This document shows positions 1-9,938 of a stretch of 64,000 bases of DNA, one piece after another. Both the position numbers and the translations under genes were made by a program. Numbering within the stretch: the stretch's first letter is position 1; each line of letters starts with the position of its first letter. The stretch is from a virus. The notes beneath the pieces are model-generated. The model searched no databases, had not been told where the DNA came from, and was given only the letters and a program-made list of their open reading frames with translations. Where the stretch lies: positions 5,634 to 69,633 of IMG/VR virus record IMGVR_UViG_3300035670_000167, one strand, 5' to 3'.

Positions 1-375
1 GATGATGCATTACTAAACATGATACTCATGTTAGTAACCTTGGATACATCCCAACTTCCAATATCTTGATTAAAAGATGATGCATTAGTGAACATAGACT
101 GCATAGTAGTAACCTCGGATACATCCCAACTTCCAATATCTTGATTGAATGATGTTGCAAGATAAAACATATTAGACATATTAGTAACAAGTGACACATT
201 CCAAGTTGATATGTCTTGATTAAATGATGTTGCACCAAAAAACATACTCTGCATATTAGTAACAGTAGATACATCCCAAGTTGATATATCTTGATTAAAC
301 GCAGAAGCTTGGAAAAACATAGTATTAGTAGTTAGAACTCCAGTGAGATTCCAATTTCCTATCGGACCATTAAAA
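1..375 (-). repeat. 75-nt coding tandem repeat (DUF285 25-aa unit)
   Basis: Recurrent TCTTGATT(A/G)AA...TAGTAAC...ACATCCCAA units every 75 nt. Confidence 0.85.
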
Positions 376-980
376 TTAGTACATCCTCTAAAAGTACTAG
401 CTAATGATGTTGATGATATTGTTGGAACACTTGTTGCACTAGATACTAAATTCGAACAGCCATAAAAAGCAGAATTTGTATTAATATCCCAAACACTCCA
501 ATTAAATATTTCTAATAATTTAACAGCATCCCCAGCACCATTAAATCTCCATCCGTTTATTATTCCTGAGGTTATTGTGATATAATATTGTCCAGGTGTT
601 GCATATGTATGGAGAGTTTCTGCTTGGTTATAAGAAGTAATAGTATTTGTTGTTCCATCACCCCAATCAATTGTAAAATTAATTACACCATTATTTGTTA
701 AAGGTAATTGGAATTGGTTATCATTTGTAGTGGTTCCTTCCACTACATTTTCAGTATCAATTAAAAAATCACCTAAAAGGGAAGGTGTTGGTAGAGAAGT
801 AAGTTGAGATCCTTTATTTTGGAATTGTTGGAGATGCAACTGTTGTTGCATTGATATAAAATTATCAAATTGCAGTTGTTCATGAAGATATTTTTGAGTT
901 ACTTCATTAATAGGTTTTCCAACATTATCTCCTCTTAATATAAAAGACTGCCAAGGTCCGGGATCGTTTACAAAAAACAT
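1..980 (-). CDS. DUF285/BspA-like surface protein with PKD-like domain (3' end runs off window; not in ORF track)
   Basis: Manual translation from ATG at 980 gives MFFVNDPGPWQSF..., then FTIDWGDG...HTYATPG (PKD-like), then 25-aa repeats FNQDIxxWDVSxVTNMxxMFxxAxS, open to the window edge. Late motif at 1008-1016. Confidence 0.85.
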   Translation of the reverse strand, partial: MFFVNDPGPWQSFILRGDNVGKPINEVTQKYLHEQLQFDNFISMQQQLHLQQFQNKGSQLTSLPTPSLLGDFLIDTENVVEGTTTNDNQFQLPLTNNGVINFTIDWGDGTTNTITSYNQAETLHTYATPGQYYITITSGIINGWRFNGAGDAVKLLEIFNWSVWDINTNSAFYGCSNLVSSATSVPTISSTSLASTFRGCTNFNGPIGNWNLTGVLTTNTMFFQASAFNQDISTWDVSTVTNMQSMFFGATSFNQDISTWNVSLVTNMSNMFYLATSFNQDIGSWDVSEVTTMQSMFTNASSFNQDIGSWDVSKVTNMSIMFSNAS

Positions 981-1016
981 TAGTTATACTTTTTAAATAG
1001 AGTTTATTATAAATAT

Positions 1017-2363
1017 TTAAAAATATGTTATAGTATTATCGTCGTCATTTTTATTTTTTAAATTACTTAACTCAACACTTAATCTTTTTATTTCATTTAT
1101 TTTATTATTTAATACTGAAAGTTCTTCGTTATTAAGATTATAATATTTTTTTACATCATCTATTACAGTTTCTACAGAATTATTTAATTTATTTAATGTT
1201 TCAGCTGTTTTAGGATCTAAATTAGCTATTTTAGCTTCATTCTCATCAATAAACCCATCATTATTTATATCAGATTGATCAAATACTTGTTGAATTTCTT
1301 CTTCTTCAATTACCCCATCACCATCTAAATCTAAATTTATAGGTTCGGTATCTGGTTCTTCATAAAAGAATTTTCCTGTTTTAGGATCTACCATTACTGG
1401 AACACCTTCTTGTTTGGGTTTTTCATCTACAACAGGAGATGGGTTACCATATTTATCCCATTCTATATTATCTTGAAAATCCATTAATGAAGCTTCTTCC
1501 CATTCCTTTATTTCATCTTCTAAATCATCATATGCTTCTACTACTTTTCTCATTCCATCTACATTTTCTTCTAATAAGATTTCTTTTTTAGGTTTAATTT
1601 GAGCAAAAGCAAAGTTAGCAGCAATTACTAAAGATATAGCTAGTGGGTCAAATACAAAAATAATAACAAGTAAGAACCAGTTAATAATTTTATCCATTGG
1701 TTGACCAGTTAAACCTGAAAGGTATTTTAAGGGGCCTAATTCACTTTCTGTTGTAGATGATGTTTTAACTTCTAAAATTTTAGTTTCTAAAGCAAATATA
1801 GAATCATTTACATTATCTAATTTAATAGTTAATTTTTCATCTGATTGATTAGCTTGTTCAATTTGGGAAATACTAGCTTTATTAGATCTAACTACTAAAT
1901 TTCCTCTTCTATCAGTATATTGAGTTGTTGAACCTTTAGATAGTGAACCTTTTAATTCAGCTAAGGATTGTTTTTCTTTTAAAATACCATCTCTAGTATT
2001 TTCATATAATCCTTTTTTAGTTTCTAATGATAAAATTTCTTGATCAATAACACTAGCTTTATTAGCAGTAGTTTGATAAGCTGATGATAAAAATCCATAA
2101 ATACCAGCCGATGTTATTAATACTAATACACAAGCTGCTACTGTAAGATAAGTTCTAAGGATTTTATTTAATTTGTTCCAATATTGATATAATAAAGAAG
2201 CAATTACTAATTTAGCAACTTCTAAAGAAGAAGCCATAATTAAAACAGCTAAACTAGCCCCAGCAAATAACATGCTGAGACCAGTTACTGAATAGAATGC
2301 TGCTGATACACTTACCGATAGTGCTGATAGAGCTATAATTAGAGGTAGTAGATATTTTTTCAT
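1017..2363 (-). CDS. Multi-pass membrane protein with coiled coil and C-terminal EF-hand pair
   Basis: Three N-terminal hydrophobic helices, coiled coil, a further TM segment (WFLLVIIFVFDPLAI), then loops DLDGDGVIEEEE and DINNDGFIDENE. Confidence 0.75.
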   Translation of the reverse strand: MKKYLLPLIIALSALSVSVSAAFYSVTGLSMLFAGASLAVLIMASSLEVAKLVIASLLYQYWNKLNKILRTYLTVAACVLVLITSAGIYGFLSSAYQTTANKASVIDQEILSLETKKGLYENTRDGILKEKQSLAELKGSLSKGSTTQYTDRRGNLVVRSNKASISQIEQANQSDEKLTIKLDNVNDSIFALETKILEVKTSSTTESELGPLKYLSGLTGQPMDKIINWFLLVIIFVFDPLAISLVIAANFAFAQIKPKKEILLEENVDGMRKVVEAYDDLEDEIKEWEEASLMDFQDNIEWDKYGNPSPVVDEKPKQEGVPVMVDPKTGKFFYEEPDTEPINLDLDGDGVIEEEEIQQVFDQSDINNDGFIDENEAKIANLDPKTAETLNKLNNSVETVIDDVKKYYNLNNEELSVLNNKINEIKRLSVELSNLKNKNDDDNTITYF

Positions 2364-2377
2364 GAGTTATAAATATT

Positions 2378-4087
2378 TTAACCGTCGCAACTTAAACAGT
2401 CAGCTGTACGTGAACCTAAATCACCTTTAATTACTGAATCTGTTCGTAGATAATATAATGTTTTAATTCCTAGTTTCCAACTTTCCATATGTACTTGATT
2501 AATCCATCTTGGAGAATCTGTTGGATCAAATGCTAAGTTTAAGGATTGAGTTTGATCAATATAACGTTGACGAACTGCGGCTTGTTGAACTAGTGCTAAT
2601 TGATTTACTTCAGGAAATGTTAAGAATACTTCTTTTTCATCTTCTGTTAAAATATCACTAGGTAAATTTTGAACTGAACCATTATCTGCTAAGATTTGAT
2701 CCCATACTCTATTATTATTTTTACCTTTTGATTCAAGTAATTTTTCTAATTCAGGATTTTTAACAATAAATGTTCCTTTAGCACCATTAAATACATAAAC
2801 ATTTGCTGGTTGGGGTTCAATACCTGCAGAACAAGCATTAATACGAGAATTTGATACTGTAGGAGCAATAGCTAATAGGTGAGTATTTCTCATACCTGTA
2901 TTTTTACACCAAAGTGGTTCTCCATATTCTACAGCTAATTTACGTGATGCGGCTTCTGCTTTAACTTTAATATCACTAAAGATTGTATGAGTCCAAGCTG
3001 TTGAGGCAATTGAGTTAAATGGCAAGTTTTTTTGTTGTAAAAATGTATGCCAACCCATTACACCTAATCCAAGTGCACGACCTTTTTTAGCATGTCTATG
3101 TGAACGAATCATAGAATCTTTACCATTTGTTTTAACAATAAATTCTTCCATTACTCCGTCTAAGAAATAAACTGCTGTTTCAACTACATCTGTATCTTTC
3201 CACTCATCATACTTAGCTAAATTAAGTGAACTTAAACAACAAATAAATGAATGTTCCTCATCAGTATGTAATGTAATTTCAGTACAAATATTAGTCATAC
3301 TAACATCAAGGTTATTCATTCTATATGCTAAAGGATTATCTTTATTAACATTATCCTTAAACATAATATATGGTTCTCCTGTCTCTACACGCGATTTAAG
3401 AATTTCTAACCACAGCGACATAGCTTCACTATCACGGTCATTTAAACGCTTCATAAACGCATCATCAACAACTACACACTGGTGTAGATTAAGGCATTGT
3501 CTGTTAGGATCACCTTTAGGTCTACGAATTTGTAAAAATTCTTTAATATCAATATGATTAATATCTAGATTTACAGATGCGGCTCCCCTACGTACTGAAC
3601 CTTGATTGGTTGCAATAATAGTTGAATCGTAAATTTTAGCCCAAGGAACTACTCCTTCAGATTTTCCGTTTCCGGTAATGTTTGATCCTCTACCTCTAAT
3701 TCTTGAGAGGGAAATTCCAACTCCACCTCCGTAAGAGGTAAGTCGCATAAGTTCAGCGTTCGTAAGGCCAATACCTCTGATTGAATCTGGAGTATCGATG
3801 CCAAAGCAGCTGATCGGCAATCCGCGGTCTGTCCCTGTGTTTGAGAGTACAGGGCTAGCCAATCCAATCCAGCCATTCCAAATGTATTTAAAAAATTTAT
3901 TTTCTAAGTCAGGACGATTTAAACGCATCGCCACAGCGTGTGCTACTCTTCTGTAGGCTTTTTTAGGTGTTTCACCTGGTAAGAGATAACCTTTAGAAAT
4001 AGTACTAAGAGCTACTTCATCAAAATATTCAGGGAAATCCTTACCACGTTCCCACTGTGTATAATTTACTGCTAAATTGTTATCCAT
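2378..4087 (-). CDS. nrdA: Ribonucleotide reductase class I alpha subunit (short, no ATP cone)
   Basis: PISCF, TNICTEI (NxCxE), AIAPT, KTLYYLR and C-terminal CLSCDG motifs. Confidence 0.97.
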   Translation of the reverse strand: MDNNLAVNYTQWERGKDFPEYFDEVALSTISKGYLLPGETPKKAYRRVAHAVAMRLNRPDLENKFFKYIWNGWIGLASPVLSNTGTDRGLPISCFGIDTPDSIRGIGLTNAELMRLTSYGGGVGISLSRIRGRGSNITGNGKSEGVVPWAKIYDSTIIATNQGSVRRGAASVNLDINHIDIKEFLQIRRPKGDPNRQCLNLHQCVVVDDAFMKRLNDRDSEAMSLWLEILKSRVETGEPYIMFKDNVNKDNPLAYRMNNLDVSMTNICTEITLHTDEEHSFICCLSSLNLAKYDEWKDTDVVETAVYFLDGVMEEFIVKTNGKDSMIRSHRHAKKGRALGLGVMGWHTFLQQKNLPFNSIASTAWTHTIFSDIKVKAEAASRKLAVEYGEPLWCKNTGMRNTHLLAIAPTVSNSRINACSAGIEPQPANVYVFNGAKGTFIVKNPELEKLLESKGKNNNRVWDQILADNGSVQNLPSDILTEDEKEVFLTFPEVNQLALVQQAAVRQRYIDQTQSLNLAFDPTDSPRWINQVHMESWKLGIKTLYYLRTDSVIKGDLGSRTADCLSCDG

Positions 4088-4093
4088 TTTTTA

Positions 4094-5071
4094 TTAAAAT
4101 ATTGATTCATCCCAAGTCAAATGACCTTTAGAATAGTTAGTTACACGATTTGCAAAGAAGTCTGTGTGTTGTTTTCCAGCTGAGAGGTGATCAAACCATT
4201 TCATTCTTTCAACTGCTGTCATATCTACATTTGAAATAATTGGTTTATATCCTAAATCACCTAATTTAGTATTTACTCTATTTTTGATAAAATGTTCTAA
4301 ATCATATTTTGAGCAACCTTCCAAATCACCAAGTTCATAAACTTTATTAATAAAATCAAGTTCAAGTTTAAGAGAAAGTAATGCCGCTTCATTAATTGCT
4401 GCTTCTAATTCCTTAGTTTTAAGTTTAGGATTTTCTTGTACTAATGTTCTGAATAACCAGCATCCAGCTTCTGAATGGAGAGATTCATCACGAATAGACC
4501 ACTCAACAATTTGACCAACACCCTTAAGTTTATTACGCATTTTAAAACTTAATAATACTGCAAATGAAGAGAACAAATTAACACCTTCTGTAAATGCTGA
4601 AAAAATTGCTAATGATTTAGCTACTTCGTGCCAATCTGTTTCACCTTGAAAACTATCTCTTGCATCCATCAAATTCTGAATTTTAGCCATTGTAGCTTCA
4701 TCTTCTAGGAATTCATCAAAATTATCAAGACCTAAAGTTTCGTTTAGTAATGAATAAGCTTCAGCATGAATTGTTTCAAAAGCACCAAATGTAGTAGCCA
4801 TCATTATAATTTCAGGTTTACGGAACCATTTAGTTACTAATCCTGACCAATAGTCATTTACTACTGTTTCTGTTTGAGCAAATCCTTTTAAAATAGACCC
4901 AATAATATTTTTCTCGGTTTTATTTAAATTTGAATTCCAGTCTGTTAAATCTGACATCATAGGTACTTCTGTGTGTAACCAATGTGCTTGTTGTTGTTTG
5001 AGCCAATAATCTGCTGCTTCTTGGTATTCAAACGGTTTATATATTAACCGAGGTTTTGTAATATTTGTCAT
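4094..5071 (-). CDS. nrdB: Ribonucleotide reductase class I beta subunit
   Basis: ETIHAEAY, EGVNLFSSF, RDESLH, DFFANRVTNY motifs. Adjacent to nrdA. Confidence 0.97.
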   Translation of the reverse strand: MTNITKPRLIYKPFEYQEAADYWLKQQQAHWLHTEVPMMSDLTDWNSNLNKTEKNIIGSILKGFAQTETVVNDYWSGLVTKWFRKPEIIMMATTFGAFETIHAEAYSLLNETLGLDNFDEFLEDEATMAKIQNLMDARDSFQGETDWHEVAKSLAIFSAFTEGVNLFSSFAVLLSFKMRNKLKGVGQIVEWSIRDESLHSEAGCWLFRTLVQENPKLKTKELEAAINEAALLSLKLELDFINKVYELGDLEGCSKYDLEHFIKNRVNTKLGDLGYKPIISNVDMTAVERMKWFDHLSAGKQHTDFFANRVTNYSKGHLTWDESIF

Positions 5072-5079
5072 AGTTTTAA

Positions 5080-6453
5080 TTAAACGTTACTTAATTCAAA
5101 AAATTTGTTGCGTAATTCCTTTTTATCCATATAATCTACGGTATTAAAAGTTGGAGTAGTTGAATTGGATGTTGATTCTTCCTCATCATCCTCTACACGT
5201 TCAGAAACCTCAAAATGACCTGTGGAAGTATCAGCTTTTACATTAAAACTCATTCCATCCATACCATATCTATTTTTCATAATGTGAAATCTTCCTGTTC
5301 CATTAACTTTATCTTGACGTTTTCTTGATAAAGATATTGCAACATCAGTAACCATCATTTTATCATATGATCCTGCTGCTTTATCTCCTTCAATAATATC
5401 GTCTTTTGCACCTGCACGGTTTACTTGAGAAACAGACCAAATAGGTAATTGTAATTCTCTAGCAAGGGCTTTAGTGCTAATATAAATATCATCTATTTCA
5501 TCTTTACGCTCACGATTATTTTTCTTTGAACGAAGGAGATCTACATAGTCAATAATTACTAAATCAGGTTTAAAATCTTGATCAATACATTTTTTAATAT
5601 GTGATTCTATTGTTGTAATTGATGCCTTTCCTGGTGAATATTCTTTAATAATTAATTGTCCTTGTAATTCTGCAATTACTTCTTCTACATTAGTTCTATA
5701 TTTCTTTTCTGTAATTCTATTTACTGGGATATTTGTAAAGAAAGAGTCATAACGGCGTCCAACATAATCTTCTCCTAATTCAAGAGTGTAATGCAAAACA
5801 TTATAACCCATTTTAACAGCATAACCACCTAATGCAACAAGAGTCCATGATTTACCACCACCTGGGTTTCCAAAAATTAAACCAAAATCGCCATTTCCTA
5901 ATCCACCTTGTAATAGAGTATTAAAAGCATCCCAAGGACAAGGTACTACAGTTCTATGATCTTCTCTATAACGAGATTCAACTTCTTTGTTATACTCATG
6001 ACCTACATTTTTGTCTTGTCCCGATTTTAATGCGTTATCAATTAATGAACGAATAGTATCATAATCTCCGGCATTAAGGAAATTAACGCTGCTTAACAAC
6101 GCTGTTTTTAATTGTTGGTTTTTACAAAAATTTGAAAATTCTTCTTCAATATATTTTAAATCTTCATCGGATGCTTTATAAGCTTCACGAAGTTGTTCTT
6201 TAACTGCTACTTGAAGTACTTCATTATCAATTTTTTTCAATTCTACTTTCAACACATCCATTGAAGGACAAGTATGGTATTTTTGATAATATTTTAGGAT
6301 TTCTTTAATAACCCATTTGTGTGCTTGATTGTCAAAATATTCTTCACTAAGAACATCATGGATATTCAATAAGAATTCCTTATGTGTTAATAATGATGAT
6401 AATACTTTAATCTGGAATCCAATCCCATATTGGGATAAATTGCTTAGTGTCAT
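5080..6453 (-). CDS. Replicative DNA helicase, DnaB/T4 gp41-like
   Basis: Walker A GNPGGGKS, YTLEL, IIDYVD, SQVNR, KNRYG. Confidence 0.93.
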   Translation of the reverse strand: MTLSNLSQYGIGFQIKVLSSLLTHKEFLLNIHDVLSEEYFDNQAHKWVIKEILKYYQKYHTCPSMDVLKVELKKIDNEVLQVAVKEQLREAYKASDEDLKYIEEEFSNFCKNQQLKTALLSSVNFLNAGDYDTIRSLIDNALKSGQDKNVGHEYNKEVESRYREDHRTVVPCPWDAFNTLLQGGLGNGDFGLIFGNPGGGKSWTLVALGGYAVKMGYNVLHYTLELGEDYVGRRYDSFFTNIPVNRITEKKYRTNVEEVIAELQGQLIIKEYSPGKASITTIESHIKKCIDQDFKPDLVIIDYVDLLRSKKNNRERKDEIDDIYISTKALARELQLPIWSVSQVNRAGAKDDIIEGDKAAGSYDKMMVTDVAISLSRKRQDKVNGTGRFHIMKNRYGMDGMSFNVKADTSTGHFEVSERVEDDEEESTSNSTTPTFNTVDYMDKKELRNKFFELSNV

Positions 6454-6458
6454 ATAAC

Positions 6459-7499
6459 TTATTTATTAAAACTGTTTAATACTTTAAATGTGTCGTTAAC
6501 CCAAAACTCAACGTTTTTGATTAAATGGCCCAAACCATCATCGTGGTAAAATCGTAAAAAGGCCTCAGTATTCAAAACTAAAGTATCATCTTCGGCAAAT
6601 GCCTCTAAAAACTCTTTATCATTATCATCTAATAAAGGTTTCTTTAAATTCATGATTTTATAATTTTGCTCTAGTCTATCACGCTCAAAAGCGATACGAG
6701 CATATACCACGTGTTCTTTATGTTTTTGTTCAGAAATTTCGAATAATTCATCTAGTGTTAATACTCGTTCAGCCAACTCAGGAAATTTCTTCATTAAACC
6801 TTTTGCTCCCAACCCTTTTACTCCTGGGATTTTATCAGAATTATCTCCTAATAACATTTTATACAAAATAAAATTATCGGCTAATACACCGAATTTTTCT
6901 TCAACGGTGGATTTGGTGTAATATTCCCGTTCTATCGGTCTATACACTATAACATCGTCATTAATTAATTGTATAAAGTCTTTATCAGACGATACTATAA
7001 AACATTTAGAATTATATTTTTTAGGTAAAATATCACTATAATAAGCAATAATATCATCTGCCTCTGCTTTATCAATTGCAACTGTTTTAACAGGTAGACA
7101 TTTTAGATAATGAGCGATACGTACAATCTGAGTGATTTTAGCATCATCTTCATCTTCTAAATCTTCAAATACTTCCCAATTTGTAATTCGAGCCAGGTTA
7201 CGACCTGACTTGTACTCTGGGAGTAGGTTCTTCCTATTTGTGGAAGAACCCATTCCGTCGAATACTACAAATACTGATGTTGGTTGGATTTGATTAATTA
7301 AGGATCCTAATGAACGCATAAAACCACCTAAACCTCCTACATGTACACCCTGAGAGTTTACAATGTTCATCATGGCAAAATTTCTAAAAAATAAATTTAA
7401 ACCATCAATAAGGAGTACTCTATCGTATCTATTTGAGGAGGGTGTTTCCTGCTCCTCTACTAGATTGTCAAGGAGTTTAAGTAATTCGTTTCTTTTCAT
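6459..7499 (-). CDS. 5'-3' exonuclease / RNase H (FEN, PolI N-terminal-like)
   Basis: LIDGLN, VVFDG, YKSGR, EADDII, SSDKDFIQL, GDNSDKIPGVKGLG. Start moved to ATG 7499, just after the recA stop. Confidence 0.93.
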   Translation of the reverse strand: MKRNELLKLLDNLVEEQETPSSNRYDRVLLIDGLNLFFRNFAMMNIVNSQGVHVGGLGGFMRSLGSLINQIQPTSVFVVFDGMGSSTNRKNLLPEYKSGRNLARITNWEVFEDLEDEDDAKITQIVRIAHYLKCLPVKTVAIDKAEADDIIAYYSDILPKKYNSKCFIVSSDKDFIQLINDDVIVYRPIEREYYTKSTVEEKFGVLADNFILYKMLLGDNSDKIPGVKGLGAKGLMKKFPELAERVLTLDELFEISEQKHKEHVVYARIAFERDRLEQNYKIMNLKKPLLDDNDKEFLEAFAEDDTLVLNTEAFLRFYHDDGLGHLIKNVEFWVNDTFKVLNSFNK

Positions 7500-7500
7500 A

Positions 7501-8583
7501 TTAATCCGGTTCTTGTGTGAAGATATTTTCAGGTTCAAAATTGTCTTGTTCCTCAAAAATGTCGAAATCCATACCTCCAAGTACTTTCATCCATTCAGAT
7601 GCATGTGCATCTTTGTATGCTTTAAGTTCCTTATCAGTATCGTTAATGAATCCGTGTGGAGTCATAATAATTTTTCCTCTTGATTGTACACCATTAATGT
7701 GGTTTTTATCAATTTGGATGTTTGTACGTTTAGCAAATTCAACTTGCTTACCATCTTTAATCGCTTTGATTTTAGATGTACCTGCATTTGAAATGTTACC
7801 AAATGTTACTACGAATGTAGCATCAAACCACATTGCAAATCCACCTTTGTTCATCAACTTTGGTTGACCCATTGGTACCTCTGCTTTTGCAGTCCATACT
7901 TTATTAACACATACTAATGTATTAGTGTATGGTGATGATTCTTTACGTGATAACGTCATTTTCTGGTTAACATTGTTACCAAATTGGGTTGACATTGCTC
8001 CAGCATTCCATTCATTATTATTTTTATTTGATTTTACAGACATTTCACAAGGAATTGATCCAATTGAATCCCATAGGAACAATAGATCATAAGGTAAATT
8101 ACCTTTTTTCTGTTCATCTAATAAATCTAAAACAAATGCTGCTACGTCTTCAATAGTATGTAATGTTTCACGGTCAACATAGATAAAGTTACCTTCGTAA
8201 TTTAATACTTCACCTGTTTCTTCGTCTACAATTTCATCTACATGAAGACCCATTTGAACAGCATGTTCCCAATTCCATTTCATCTCAGTTACAATAAACA
8301 CAGGTAAAACTCTCATTTTCTGAGCTGAAACCGCTGCTTCAATCATAGCGGTTGTTTTACCTGTATCACTGTGTCCGCGAAGAAGTACAATGTGGCCCAT
8401 TGGAATACCTGGTACTGAGGTTACATCCTGGAATGCAGGGCTCAGTGGGATCCATTTTTGCTCTTTAAACTTTACGTTTGAATTAAGCATTTTCTTTTCC
8501 TTAAACTTAGTTAAATCAAATTTAGATTTAAGTTCAGAGGAGAGAGCAGCCGTTAGCGATTCGCTTTTTTTACCTCTTGCCAT
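7501..8583 (-). CDS. uvsX: RecA/UvsX-like recombinase
   Basis: GIPMGHI, Walker A GHSDTGKTT, WDSIGS, KGGFAM, KNH motifs. Confidence 0.88.
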   Translation of the reverse strand: MARGKKSESLTAALSSELKSKFDLTKFKEKKMLNSNVKFKEQKWIPLSPAFQDVTSVPGIPMGHIVLLRGHSDTGKTTAMIEAAVSAQKMRVLPVFIVTEMKWNWEHAVQMGLHVDEIVDEETGEVLNYEGNFIYVDRETLHTIEDVAAFVLDLLDEQKKGNLPYDLLFLWDSIGSIPCEMSVKSNKNNNEWNAGAMSTQFGNNVNQKMTLSRKESSPYTNTLVCVNKVWTAKAEVPMGQPKLMNKGGFAMWFDATFVVTFGNISNAGTSKIKAIKDGKQVEFAKRTNIQIDKNHINGVQSRGKIIMTPHGFINDTDKELKAYKDAHASEWMKVLGGMDFDIFEEQDNFEPENIFTQEPD

Positions 8584-8594
8584 GTGTGTTTAGA

Positions 8595-9422
8595 TTAAAA
8601 TGGTAAATCGTCGTCTTCTTCAAATAAAGCATCAAATTTATCTGCTTTACTTGCTTGTTCTTTTACCGGGGTTTTGATTGAATAAGCTTTAGAAGGTTTT
8701 TCAACAACAACTTCTTCTTTTTCATCATCAATAATAGCACCTTCTTCATACTCATCTTCAGGAGTCAACCATTCTTGAAGTGCTTGCTTCATTTCATCAT
8801 ATGAGTATTTTTTAAATACTTCCATAGGGTTAGGTTGATTGTCCAACAATGCTTCGATAGTTGCTTTGTCTTCAGCCAATAAAGTTTCTTTAACTTTAGG
8901 CATAATAGTTGTTTTGTTGTAGTTTGTACCTGTTACTTCAGGACCTACAGTAGTCAATGTAATATCACGACCATTCATTACGTCTGTGAAATCACCTACA
9001 TCCTCGTTATCTGCAAGATTCAAGAAATCCATATACAATTCCTTACCAAATTGCCACAACTTAACACCTTCAGATTCTTCGCCACGTACAAGTACAGGAA
9101 CAAAAATACGCATTTTAGGATCAAGTTTTTTAGCTAAACGCCAGTTTTCCTTGTCGCTAGTAGTACGCAATTGTTTTGCAAATTCTACGATTGGATCTTT
9201 TTCACCAAAGTTAATTGGAGACACCATAGTGTTTTTTCCAATACCATAATGGAAATACATTTCGGTGAATGGGTTTTTCTTGTTGTACTTGGAAGGTACT
9301 ACACGGACTATTTGTTTACCTACTGAGGGTTTCCAAAAGACAGATTTTTTTTCTCCGCCGCCTTTACCGGATTGTTTTGACTGCATTGCAGACAGTCGGT
9401 TTCTCATTTCATTTAAATCCAT
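8595..9422 (-). CDS. Single-stranded DNA-binding protein, gp32-like
   Basis: FWKP, VRVVP, HY, GVKLWQFGK, GDFTD..GRDI motifs and acidic tail DDDLPF. Lies in the replication block. Confidence 0.85.
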   Translation of the reverse strand: MDLNEMRNRLSAMQSKQSGKGGGEKKSVFWKPSVGKQIVRVVPSKYNKKNPFTEMYFHYGIGKNTMVSPINFGEKDPIVEFAKQLRTTSDKENWRLAKKLDPKMRIFVPVLVRGEESEGVKLWQFGKELYMDFLNLADNEDVGDFTDVMNGRDITLTTVGPEVTGTNYNKTTIMPKVKETLLAEDKATIEALLDNQPNPMEVFKKYSYDEMKQALQEWLTPEDEYEEGAIIDDEKEEVVVEKPSKAYSIKTPVKEQASKADKFDALFEEDDDLPF

Positions 9423-9447
9423 AACTAATCAATTAATGTTTGTAACA

Positions 9448-9478
9448 TAAATATAATAACCATTTTACCGATTACCAA
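9448..9478 (-). promoter_or_regulatory. Bipartite early/middle promoter TTGG-N19-TATATTTA upstream of SSB
   Basis: Minus strand TTTGG-19 nt-TATATTTA. The same spacing occurs at three other sites. Confidence 0.7.
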
Positions 9479-9479
9479 A

Positions 9480-9938
9480 TTAAAGTTCAATAATCTTGTA
9501 AACTTTTGTATTAAGTTGTTTAAGGTCCCCATTCTGGGTTAGGAGAATACAATTTTGATAGTGTTGCCAGTTAACTTTATAGTTAGTATCAACTACTCCA
9601 CCATTTAATTTTTTAATTAAATCGTTTAGGGCATTAATTGTATATAGGGTATTTGTTTCTTTCTTGCGATGTACTAGAATCGTATTTAAAGGAATGTTAC
9701 TTACATTAGCTTGTTCAACATTATATGTAATAACATATTCACCTGTGCTTTTGACAAATAAAACAAACATTTTATTGTACATAATTGAATATGCTTTCGA
9801 TATACTCGTAACCATATCTTCAAGCACATCCTCATCCACGAACGTACAAAATAACTTGTTGTTCAAATCTTTAGTATTTAGTTGGGTTTTCTCCCAATAA
9901 ATATTATAATGTGTGTCAAAAGTCATAACTGCGTCCAT
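9480..9938 (-). CDS. Conserved phage hypothetical protein (true start possibly TTG at 9866)
   Basis: ORF fills the gap between polymerase and SSB. NNKLFCTF...HRKKETNTLYTINALN motif. Confidence 0.7.
   Translation of the reverse strand: MDAVMTFDTHYNIYWEKTQLNTKDLNNKLFCTFVDEDVLEDMVTSISKAYSIMYNKMFVLFVKSTGEYVITYNVEQANVSNIPLNTILVHRKKETNTLYTINALNDLIKKLNGGVVDTNYKVNWQHYQNCILLTQNGDLKQLNTKVYKIIEL

Noticed and set aside
1-375. Regular 75-nt repeat resembling a CRISPR array, and the 82-aa ORF 26..274
   Set aside because: The units are degenerate at synonymous positions and encode DUF285 repeats in another frame. There is no invariant repeat with unique spacers.
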